Assembly: GCF_000143415.4 (NCBI RefSeq)
Contig: NW_003314291.1
Location: 294,674-358,673, forward strand
Length of the DNA stretch: 64,000 nt
Reading direction: 5' to 3'
From: Selaginella moellendorffii
Taxonomy: Eukaryota > Plantae > Lycopodiophyta
Shown: one piece after another, positions 26,101-36,147 of the stretch
Layout: each line of letters opens with the position of its first letter
Numbering within the stretch: position 1 is the first letter of the stretch
Notes under the pieces: generated by a model
Seen by the model: the letters and a program-made list of their open reading frames with translations, nothing else
What the model was told of the DNA's origin: nothing
Database searches by the model: none
Position numbers and translations under genes: made by a program

Positions 26101-26953
26101 TGAAGCTAGTTATCGCCACGCACTAACGCTTCTGGCGTGTAAAAACTACAGTGAGGTACACGTTTGGCTGGCGCTCCTGTTTGCTTTGGTAACGTGTCTT
26201 GGCTATGGCAGGCAGCGACTTCAGCAGGAGAACTGTTCGCTTTGTGCTACAAGTATGACATGCAGCTACACGTTGTCAAAGTCTTACTTCTTATTGCTGA
26301 GATTCACAAGGTCTTGATTCTTTCCTTTTTCTTTTCGATACTGTTACTCATTCTAAAGAACTCTTGTCCGTCCAGAAATCCGGGAGTGCTGTCACGGGGC
26401 TACCATACGTACTAGGCAGCATAACACTCAGCCAGTCACTCAACCTGGACCTTCTCCATGCGGCGTCCCGGGTCAGCTTAGCAGAACTTTGGCTGGACCT
26501 TGGAGCCGACCACGCTCAACGAGCACTCGACCTTCTCCAGCAAAGCTTACCACTTGTCCTCGGCCATGGCAGCCTCGAGCTTCGTGCGCGGACCAACCTC
26601 TGCATTGCGCGGTGCTACTTAAGCAGCACAGACTTCTCAGGTATCATTTTCTTCTTTGCTAGACTTTCCGGACTTACGTAGTCTTCTCCTTTTGTTTGCA
26701 GTGGCTACAGCTCCAGAGCTTGTACTTGATCCACTCCAACTCGCCGCGGAAGAATTCATGAATTTAGAAGTAAGAGACTTTGATACTTACTGGCAAGGCC
26801 TTGATTTCAATCGCTCCTCACTTTTTCCAGGACAAAGACCAGGCATCCGAAGCTTTCTACTTGCTGGCCACTACGTTTAACTCGATCGGTCGTATGGAAG
26901 ATCGAGACAAAGCCGCGGAGAAATTCCAGCAGTGTGTGGTGGAAGAACTGTAA
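23118..26953 (+). CDS. APC5: Anaphase-promoting complex subunit 5, many exons
   Basis: FVLTPHKLSMCVLLQLYA, PLGQFLRRCILSFNILSFE, LHQYFDYS, MHAHFGHVTQAL, ETVRIAQQ/NNDDACLAHSLAALCHLL, LPLVLGHGSLELRART. Ends ..QQCVVEEL*. Confidence 0.93.
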
Positions 26954-27048
26954 GGCCAGGCCAACGAGCGATAACCAGCAAGGATTCTTCCAGTACGGAG
27001 ATTCATGTGAATCGCCAAGATTCCGATTCCTGTACGTATGTGTCGGTA

Positions 27049-27058
27049 GCCACGTGTC
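27049..27058 (+). promoter_or_regulatory. G-box/ABRE (GCCACGTGTC) upstream of serine decarboxylase
   Basis: Motif match about 60 bp before the ATG. Function untested. Confidence 0.4.
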
Positions 27059-27117
27059 CATGGCGTGTCTGTAATATCTTTTTCTCCTTTTAAAAAACCA
27101 GCTAGGGTTCTTCCGCA

Positions 27118-28824
27118 ATGGTAGCTATGGCGCCCGCATTGCACGATAAGGCGGCAGCAGCGGTCCTTCCAGAGGAGATTTCGATCGATTCTTGCGGCAT
27201 TGAGCCGGATCTCGAGGATGCCGATGCGATCGGCAAGCTGCGGGGCGAGCGGGAGATTGTTCTTGGCAGGAATTTGCACGACCAGTGTTTCTCGATCACG
27301 GAGCCCGAGCACGACGACGAGGAGACCGGCGATAAGGATGTGTACATGGCTGGTGTTCTTGCGCGCTACCGGAAGACGCTGGTAGAAAGGACGAAATATC
27401 ACCTGGGTAAGAAATTTTCTTCTTCCTCCTTGCTGCTTTGGAGTGTTTGTTTGAGCTCTTGCGATTGGAATGCAGGGTATCCATACAACCTGGATTTCGA
27501 CTACGGTGCTCTCTCGCAGCTACAGCATTTTTCCATCAACAATCTGGGAGATCCTTTCATCGAGAGCAACTATGGTGTTCATTCTCGGCAATTCGAGGTC
27601 GGTGTTTTGGATTGGTTTGCGAGATTGTGGGAGCTGGAGAAGAACGAGTACTGGGGATATATCACAAACTGTGGGACGGAGGGAAATCTTCACGGCTTGT
27701 TGGTCGGGTAAACTTATTTCTTTCCTTTCTTCTTCACGGACTTGTTCTTACTTTGGTACTTCTTTTTCCCACAGGAGAGAAGTTTTCCCGGATGGCATCC
27801 TCTATGCCTCCAAAGACTCGCATTACTCGGTATTTAAGGCAGGACGTATGTATAGGATGGAAGTCGTGAAGGTTGACACACTTCTATCCGGCGAGATCGA
27901 CTGTGCCGATTTTCAGCGCCGACTGCTGGAAAACCAAGACAAACCAGCCATTGTGAACGTTAACATAGGTGAGTGAGAGAGCGAGTGAGTGAAAGTTCTA
28001 TTGTCTAGTTCTCGGATATTGATTCATAGTACTGTTTCAGGTACCACTGTCAAAGGAGCAGTGGACGATCTTGACGGTGTAATTAAAACACTGGAAGACT
28101 GTGGCTTCTCCCAGGACCGCTTCTACATCCACTGTGATGGTGCTCTCTTCGGGCTCATGATGCCGTTCGTGAAGAGAGTAAGCTCCACAAAGTTCATGTT
28201 CTTCGTGTTCTTAAGCGCAAGGCGTGTTTTTTCTCTTCTTTCCAGGCACCAAAAGTGTCTTTCAAAAAGCCTATTGGAAGTGTCAGCGTTTCGGGACACA
28301 AGTTCGTTGGCTGCCCGATGCCATGCGGCATCCAAATCACCAGGATCGAGCACATCAACACGCTGTCCAGGAACGTCGAGTATCTGGCATCCAGGGACGC
28401 GACCATCATGGGAAGCCGCAATGGCCACGCACCACTCTTCCTCTGGTACACTCTAAACCGCAAAGGCTACCGCGGTTTCAAAAAGGAAGTGGAGAAGTGC
28501 CTGGCAAACGCGCACTACTTGGCCGGTTGCCTCCGGGAGTCCGGATTCGGGGCCATGCTCAACGAGCTCAGCAGCACCGTGGTGTTTGAGAGGCCGCAGG
28601 ACGAAGCCTTTGTTCGAAAGTGGCAGCTCGCGTGCCAAGGCAAGATTGCGCACGCGGTGGTGATGCCCAGCGTCACGGTGGACAAGCTCAAAGTTTTCCT
28701 CAAGGAGCTGATTGAGAGCCGGAGCCGGCTCTTCCCGGACGGGAAAATCGTGGCTCCCTGCGTCGCGGAGGAGCTGGGCGCGAAGAACTGCGCTTGCGTC
28801 AAGCACTCCTCCTGTTCCTGGTAA
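27118..28824 (+). CDS. SDC1: Serine decarboxylase (group II PLP-dependent), 5 exons
   Basis: [97 protein letters not shown]. Confidence 0.96.
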
Positions 28825-28974
28825 GTTTTTCTAGCTTTGGTTTCCTCTTCTCTGATATCTCATTGTTCCAGAGCTTGGTGCAAATCTCTCGGGTGTACGT
28901 AGGTGATAAGTATCTGCGTAGAAGAGATATTGTGCTAGTGGATGAGCGAGCCAACTTTTTCTCGAAACTTTGGA

Positions 28975-29335
28975 CTCCATACAATGATAGAGCTGTGGGA
29001 TTTCCAGTCAAGAAATTTAGAAAGACAAGGTCATGCTTTTGAGACCTTGAAAGAAAATTAAAATGAGAAGAACTCCAGAAATTTTCTACAGACAAGATCA
29101 TGCTTTTGAGACCTTGATAGAAAAAACAAACCCTATAATAGAGCTGTGGATTTTCCAGTCAAGATCATGCTTTTGAGACCTTGATAGAAAAATCAAACTC
29201 TATAATAGAGCTGTGGATTTTCCAATCAAGATCATGCTTTTGAGACCTTGATAGAAAAATCAAACTCTATAATAGAGCTGTGGCTTTTCCAGTCAAGATC
29301 ATGCTTTTGGAACTTTAAAAGAAAAATCAATCCTT
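28975..29335. repeat. Tandem minisatellite, 67-bp unit, about 5 copies
   Basis: AAG(A/G)TCATGCTTTTG recurs at 29027, 29094, 29161, 29228 and 29295. Confidence 0.92.
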
Positions 29336-29584
29336 GTGATAGAAATCCAAGAGTATCATGGGCGATTCTTCTTTGAGAACTTTGATCGTCAGTAGAGAAG
29401 TTACTAAAGCAATCCATCCATTGAAGATGAAACAATGTACACATTCTTCACCGAAAGAGATCTTCCCAAGCCAAGAAGGAAAGAAGGAGAGGAGGAAGAA
29501 GATCATATAGAATTCTCTACTTATCTGGAAAGAGAGCGAGCGAGCGATTAGATTCCCAGAGTAGCGAGCGATCTTCCTCCTTGA

Positions 29585-29977
29585 TCAATTGTCATAGACC
29601 CGGCACTCATCCGTCTCTGGATTGTCCTTGCAAAACGCCTCCAGCGGATCCTTGCCCTTGTCCTTGTCCCTCTGGTGAGACGCGGCGGCGCTCACCTCCT
29701 CCACCTCGTCCCACGCCACCACGCACTCGGCCGACGCTGGATTCTCCGCGCACACCTCCTCCGCCTGCTTGATGCTCTCCTCCACCTTACCCTCCAGCGG
29801 GCTCGCGCACGCGATCGTCGTCGCCATCCTCCTCCTCCGCGACGCCAATCGAATCCCCCCCATTCCCCCTCGCGCCGCCGCGCAGAAGCTCCTCCTGGGA
29901 ATCGCGGAGATCTGCTGCTGCTGCTGCAAGAATTGGGGCTGCTGGAGCGCCATCGTTGTAATCGCGATGGACGCCAT
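29585..29977 (-). CDS. CP12: Chloroplast Calvin-cycle regulator CP12 with transit peptide, intronless
   Basis: AEEVC..PASAECVVAWDEVEEVSAAASH..DPLEAFCKDNPETDECRVYDN: the AWDxVEE motif plus both Cys pairs. Confidence 0.96.
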   Translation of the reverse strand: MASIAITTMALQQPQFLQQQQQISAIPRRSFCAAARGGMGGIRLASRRRRMATTIACASPLEGKVEESIKQAEEVCAENPASAECVVAWDEVEEVSAAASHQRDKDKGKDPLEAFCKDNPETDECRVYDN

Positions 29978-30072
29978 GAGCGCGCGAGCTATCGATCGAT
30001 GCGAGGATCTCTCTCCCAAGAGCCCTAGCTCCAGGGCAAACGATCACCACGCAAGGAGGAAGAGATATCACT

Positions 30073-30081
30073 GCCACGTGG
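30073..30081. promoter_or_regulatory. G-box upstream of CP12
   Basis: GCCACGTGG about 100 bp upstream of the ATG, typical of light-regulated genes. Confidence 0.5.
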
Positions 30082-30434
30082 AGTCCGCTGATTGATCGAA
30101 AGCACGGCAGGTTTATGGCTTCCAAAGCTGCAGGAAGTAGACCAAGAGAGAAGTGGGAAAATATAGACCGGGTGCTCTAGGAAAAAATCCAAGCCATGGT
30201 TCCCACATTTCACTTTGCGAGATTTTTTCTTTGTTTTGCCTTGCCTATCAATCGCATTCTCGGGCTCGCTCGCTCAGGCGTTTTTTTTTTATCGAGAATT
30301 ATTCAGGAGTAGCTCAATGATTGATCTGGAACGAGGAAAACTTCGATCTTCTCAAGCGTAATAACAAGGAGCTTACTTGTCGTGATCACGAGCGCGAGCC
30401 AGGCGACGAGAACTTTGCGTTGTTTCCCCTCTTG

Positions 30435-31957
30435 TCATGACCCAGGCGCTACTTCTTCCTCGTTTCTCTGGATGGCAGCAATCTTAGCTCTGGACGAGTC
30501 CCCTTGGCCATCATCTGGAAAGAAAACCAATAAAGTTAGTCACTACTGCTTGATCGAAGAGAGCAAAAGAGAAATCCTGGAAACCAAAGCTAAACGTTGC
30601 GAAAGCCAAAGTGAGTATACTACTACCTGCGACAATCCTGCTTCTCTTGCGTGACATCCGCTTGACAAGCCCCTCGTAGAGCTCGACGAGGAGCTTGGGA
30701 TCCTTCTCCACGTACATGCTGTAGTCCCCGAACGTCGGCAACACTTGCATGTCCATGGAGGCCGTCCGGAGCACCGCGTCCTTGACAGTCTCCGAGTCAT
30801 ACTTTCGAGCCAGGTCCAAGAGATTGATGGCGTTGTCCCGGGAGACGTTGCTGACTAGAAACTCCTCGCACACGGCCTTGAGGAGCTTGACGCCGTATTT
30901 CTCTGCAGCACAGAAGAGAGACGCGGCATGTTTCTTGAGCACTTCGGGACACACTGTGGCGGTGTAGAAGAAGCGCACAAACGCTTCCAACACATCGTGC
31001 GAGAAGTCGTCGATTCGGACGACACCGCTTTGGGCTTCCTTCATTTGAGCACTAAACATGGCCTTAAACACAGGTGACTTCCCCGCCTGCGCTAGAAACA
31101 GGCAGACAAACAAAAACCACAGGGGCGCTCACATGTGAAAAAACATGTGGGATTGAGAGCTTTTTGTTTGGCAAGGCTGCACTGCTGAGCATCTCTCTCA
31201 CTCAAAAGCTTTAGAACAAAGCTTTCAAGGAACACACACACACACAAAAAAAAAAAAAAGAACTCGAAGCAAAAAACGTAGAAAACCTCTCATCCCGTTC
31301 TCTCTCACGCAAAAGGTTTAGAACAAAGCTTTCAGGGAAGGCAAAAGCAAAAAACAAACGACCAAAGCTTTCAGGGAAGGCGAAAGCAAAAAACAAACAA
31401 CCAACAAAAGAAACTGGAAGAAGAAAACATTTTCATCAGAACAAAGAAAAAGAGAGGAGCCCTTGCAGAAAAATGGTTTTTCCCGACTTCTAAAGGAAAC
31501 AAAAACCCGGAACAAACAAAGAACCGGAAAATCTCATTCCAGGAAGATCACGAAGAACAATCAAGCACGCATTATTATCAAAAGCCAAAGGAAACCAAAG
31601 GAAAGAAATAAACTAGATGCTAAGCTAGGACTTGAGAGAAAGATCGCTTACCAGGATCGCCTTGTGCGCGCACACATCCGGCCCATCACACGCCTTGAGC
31701 GTCACATCCGACAGCGGCAAATCGAGGGTGTCCTGGTCCCAGGCGCGAAGGAATTCGGCCTGGCGCGCCACGGCTTGCAGGCGGCGCTCCTCGTCCCGGA
31801 GGCGCTGCTGCGCGGCTTGCAAGCTCCCCACCAGCGACTCCAGCCTGTGGATCCGGCCCCTGTGGCATCGATCACAATACGCGAACTCCACCGCGTAGGA
31901 GCGAAACTCGTACCCTGAGAGGAGCCTCTTGCAAAGCACGCATTCCACGCGAGGCAT
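30435..31957 (-). CDS. BTB/POZ protein, At4g08455-like (N-terminal CxxC..CxxC, coiled coil, BTB, BACK-like), 3 exons
   Basis: Exon 1 MPRVECVLC..CDRC..LSDVTLKACDGPDVCAHKAIL. Exon 2 AGKSPVFKAMF..AEKYGVKLLKAVCE..VEKDPKLLVELYE. Exon 3 ..EEEVAPGS*. Confidence 0.85.
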
Positions 31958-32040
31958 ATTCCTCCTCTCTCCGTGTGCCCTAGAGGGAATTTTTTCTAAA
32001 AGATTTTTGGCGCCAAGGGCGTTTCGCGCGGGAACGGTTC

Positions 32041-32050
32041 GCCACGTGGC
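32041..32050. promoter_or_regulatory. Perfect palindromic G-box GCCACGTGGC upstream of the BTB gene (copy also at 52446-52455)
   Basis: Directly visible. Confidence 0.5.
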
Positions 32051-32354
32051 GTGTTTGAAGTTAGAATTTAGGTTAGGACTAGATAAACAAAAAGGTACCA
32101 TTAAGAAAGAAAAATTAGTCAAATAAAATTGAAACGAGATTGCAGCCACTTCCTCTCTTTATCAAGCAGATAAGCCAGGCTTAAAAAAGTAGCACTACAG
32201 GATTATGCACCCTAAGGAACTGGTGGTCAAAGTGCTCAAGCAGAAACAGCTCTAAATATCAAAGCTTGAGAACAAAAAAGTGAGAATAGAAACTTAATTT
32301 AGTCTTGTTATAGCCTGCCAGAGAGAAAGAAAACTAAGATAAGTTTCAAGAACA

Positions 32355-32466
32355 TAGAAGCTTAGAATAGCATGCATTGTTTGTTTCTCCAATTTCTCCA
32401 GCTTCTTTGTAGGTCTTTACACAAGTCCCAATTGGCCTTCTTTGGAGTGATGCTAAGCATGGGATC
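32355..32466 (-). pseudogene. CWF18/CCDC12 splicing-factor exon fragment
   Basis: After a TTCAG acceptor: DPMLSITPKKANWDLCKDLQ-/-KLEKLEKQTMHAI, resembling the PKKxNWDL.RD.QKKL.KLE motif, frameshifted. Confidence 0.65.
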
Positions 32467-33065
32467 CTGAAAATAAGAACACACAAGAAAAAAAGAATGA
32501 ACAAACAATCACCTTTTGTGATCTAGACTTACACTTTCTCCTCTTGTAAATTTTCTTTGCCATTCACATTGCATGTGGAGATGTAGTTCCTTCAAGCCAT
32601 CTGTTTCATGTTCTCCAGAAGTGAAGGTATTTATGGCAGAATGTCATGCTTGACATTAATAGTCTCTTTAGGAATACACTACCAAACTTCTGTAGAGTGT
32701 CTTCTTGTGTAGTTAATGAGAGGTTACATTCATCCATCTGGATGAAGTCCTCTTGGATTGAAGATCTCTGCCTGGCTCCTCTGGCTCCCAATGTGCCGCT
32801 ATCATAATTTGAATCTGAGGCTCCTTCCTCTGGCTCCCAGTGTGCTGCTGTGGCTATCTCTCCATCACAGTTCCACCTCTATCTCTTTTGGATCACAATC
32901 TACAGATTTTGTTGGCACCAAGGTTGATCAGACAGCAAGCGTCTTCTAGATTGACATGATATCTTTAGTCAATATCTCACATTCATAATCAAAGTTACAA
33001 AATCTAATTCCTAACCTAACTGCCATCTCTTGTTTTAGCCTGGAAAAAATGTATATAATCTGCAG

Positions 33066-34047
33066 CTTTGATCCGAAGCTACTGGTGGTGAACAGTGAGA
33101 TTTGCAAACCACATCCAACGAGTGAGGTTTCTCTTTTCTCTTTTTCCTTGAATTTCAAGTGTCTTTATCTTTGTAAATTCAGGTTCGTAGCAGCAAACGA
33201 ATTTCAGGTCTTCACGACAAAGGTACGACTGTTTCTTTTCATGTGCAAAAATGATAGGCCTATGCACCACTTTTCTAGTGGTTGAAATGGAACTCTTGCA
33301 TCAATACCGGGGAACTGCTATGTCTGCAAAGGTGCTGTAGCTTTTGTATAATTGAACAGAGAGTAGGCCTAGCCTAAGTCAACAATTTTGCAGGACTTTG
33401 GTATTCTTACGCGGTGCTGGAGGATTCTAGGCAGGTCCTGGAAAGCCGTTCTCCTTCTCGTTTCCAACATCGTCACAATTTCCCATCAGTTTCAATGAGA
33501 AAGAATTTGACGCAACTCCCCCAGACTTCGAGTTTGAAGATCAAATCAGGACGAACCAGGCAACGAAAGATTAATTTTCATTTTTAGTTTTTCCTTGTAG
33601 AACATAGATGTAGGCGTTACTCTGAGACATGAATCCCTTGCATTCGGACCCAAAGCTCGCCGCAGATGCAGGGTAAGCTTTGTTGTTCTTGCGAATGACG
33701 TCTGTGACGGGATTTAAAAACACAGCTTCCAGCGTCCCATTCGTCATGGACTTTGCATGCTTAGCTATGCCGTGAGAGGTATAATTCGGTGCGGCTGCGA
33801 CGGTGATCCGATGAGAATTGCAACGATCAGCTCCAGGTTCCTGCACCACATCTATCCGGGGAAATGCTCGTAACATTGAACAAGGCAAGAGCTCGCAGTA
33901 AGCACTCGCAATCGTTTCTCTTGCTAGATCATCCTTGTAACGTTTGCTTCTTCTTTCAGGATCTCCTTCAAGTGTAAAGTTAAGGAGAGAGGCGAATTCG
34001 TCCTATCTGGGACAGTGTTCTTGACCATACACCACTCTAAACTGTAA
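33066..34047 (+). pseudogene. ECH2: 5'-truncated peroxisomal enoyl-CoA hydratase 2 (MaoC-like) with introns, copy A
   Basis: FDPKLL, ISGLHDK, FLRGAGGF, DMNPLHSDP, RPI.HGLC.L.YAVR, ending HHSKL (PTS1). Several indels. Confidence 0.85.
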
Positions 34048-34194
34048 TCGTATCTCTTTTCTCTATTTTCGTTTTCTTAATTCAAAGAGCATTACATCTA
34101 TAATCTCGCCACCTTTATAATCTTGTTCTAACAATAGTTGAATCTCTTTTCTCTAGTTTCGAACAACACGCAATGATTCAAAGAAGCCACCTTT

Positions 34195-34785
34195 TTAACA
34201 CTGGAACATTCTCGTTCTAAAGTTTAGGGTGAGCTGCGCGACAAAGGAAGTCGTTGCTACTGGGCTGCCAAGGTTGTAAGCGCTTGCGACCGCTTCCCAG
34301 TCCTTGACGAATCTATCCGCGAGAGGCGTATTGATCTGCCCTTGCTGCTTATACAGTATAAACTCGTACTTGTGCTGCATGAAATCGTGGGGTGCAGGCC
34401 TCATATACTCCTCCAAAATGGTGCCAGCGTCAACCTTTGATCCAGGGATGTTGGCGATCCAATAGTGGACGTACGTGAATTGATCTGCCAATGTAAACAT
34501 CGACTGCGAAGCTCGCCTATCTATCATCACGATGGAGTAAAGCTGTGCAGGATCAACATCTCCGGGGACCATAACGTTGGGATGAATCGCGGTTTGCGGG
34601 CAGGTCAAAAGGGTTCCATCGGCGAAGGTATCCTTTCCTGTGTAAGAAACAGCTATAGAGATCGATTTCTCCACTGCTAGAGATCTTGGCGATGGAGATC
34701 GTGGTGGAGTAGACGCTAACAATCGCGAAGAAGTAGCTCCTGCAAAGAATATAGCCAAGAAAGCAACTACCACAAGCTTCCTCAT
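34195..34785 (-). CDS. Divergent intronless PEBP-family protein with signal peptide, copy 1
   Basis: LYSIVMID, YVHYWIANIPG, Y..P.P, HKYEFILYKQ and YNLGSPVA align with the PEBP core. N-terminal MRKLVVVAFLAIFFAGATSS. TATA box at 34824-34831. Confidence 0.85.
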   Translation of the reverse strand: MRKLVVVAFLAIFFAGATSSRLLASTPPRSPSPRSLAVEKSISIAVSYTGKDTFADGTLLTCPQTAIHPNVMVPGDVDPAQLYSIVMIDRRASQSMFTLADQFTYVHYWIANIPGSKVDAGTILEEYMRPAPHDFMQHKYEFILYKQQGQINTPLADRFVKDWEAVASAYNLGSPVATTSFVAQLTLNFRTRMFQC

Positions 34786-35090
34786 TGATCCTTTGTTGTG
34801 TTGTGATCGCTTTGATACCTAGATTTATATAGTGATTTACCTTTTAACATAGGGTTTATGTATTCCTTTTTGGCACCTTTTCGATTTTATTTTCATTACT
34901 AGGGTTTGGGACCGCTCAGGATTTTGTTTGATTTGGATTATGTTGCATTTCTAGAGTAAGGCTGTGGTGTCATCACAGAACCTTGAAGGCAAGATTTAGT
35001 TTGATTGCTTCTTCTCAAGTGCTTGACATTGCCAAGGTTTGGGAGGCTATAGCATCATCACAGTACCACTAAGTGGAGAAAAATCTCAAA

Positions 35091-35486
35091 ACACACTCAC
35101 CGACCAGCTCTATATGGAGTGCGACATAAGTCAATTCCTTTCATGTTGATGTCTTGCTTAAGCAATCTCTCTGGGTTGAGCTTTTCAAGCTTAGACCAGA
35201 TGGATAGATCTTGGGACCACATGTTTACTATGGCTATGCAGGGATGTGGTGAGCAGCCAAGCTTACATCATGAATTGCCAACCGAGGCCAGGAGAGCAAC
35301 GATGCATCTGGAGAGTTTCCTTCACAACAGCTTGGAGGTACACCATTTTCAAACTTGGCAACTTTAGACTTTCCAACTATACCAGTAATCTCATTGCACA
35401 ACCTTCTTTTTGATTTCAGGATGGATGGCAAGCTCCACTCCATTCAGTGAAGAGCACAACGGTGTCAGGCCTTGGAAAATCATCTC
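35091..35486 (-). pseudogene. Cytochrome P450 CYP78A-like exon-2 fragment
   Basis: After an AG acceptor: EMIFQG-DTV..TEW..IHPEI..YLQAVVKETLQMH..RLAIHDVSLAAHHIPA..VNMW..NPERLL..KGIDL..PY.AGR*VC (EXXR, PERF-like and decayed heme motifs). Many indels. Confidence 0.75.
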
Positions 35487-36147
35487 CTATGAAGTCACAG
35501 CATCAGAAACATTATGTACGTCATTAGAGCAGGAACTGCATACTACTGAGATGATGTTTATGCATTTTAAAGTGAAAATACATGTTAAGAATAACTAATT
35601 AGAATGAAAAGTGGTATAGTGAAAAGGTGGCTTCTTTTTATGTTATGTGTAAAAAAAAAATCATTAGCATTTCACCAGAAATTTTTGTCATTCTTCCTAA
35701 AATTTTGCCATAAAAGTTTTCCATAAAAGTTTTTTTTGAAAAAATCCTCTGTCCAGGCTGGCAGTGTTACTTGAGGCTGTAAATATCACCAGCAAGCCTA
35801 TTATTGAAAAGAACTGTAAATGTGGGAAGAACCTATGTGATGACTTCTAGCTGTCAATAGAAGAAGAAAAACAAAACACTTAGTAGTACTTACTATGAAC
35901 TTTATGTTCTTCCACAGTTTCCATGAAGGAGTTATGCATCTATTTACCTGCAAAGTGAAAGAAATCATTTCAAAGCAACTGAAAAAAAGATTAACATTGG
36001 GATCTTTGATGAAAACTATTGCAGTTGCCAACTCTAATCCAAGCCTACTCCATATGCAAAAGCATGAATCAAGTCATGTAATTATCACTGAAAATACCAG
36101 CTTTTCTAAATTGAAGCTTCCTCTTACCTCCACAAAACACATTCAAA

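Noticed and set aside
28975-29335. Regular repeats resembling a CRISPR array
   Set aside because: Whole units repeat without unique spacers, there are no cas genes, and the context is eukaryotic.
34195-34785. Calling the PEBP genes FT, TFL1 or MFT
   Set aside because: They lack DPDxP, GxHR, the four-exon structure and a recognisable segment B, and carry a signal peptide.
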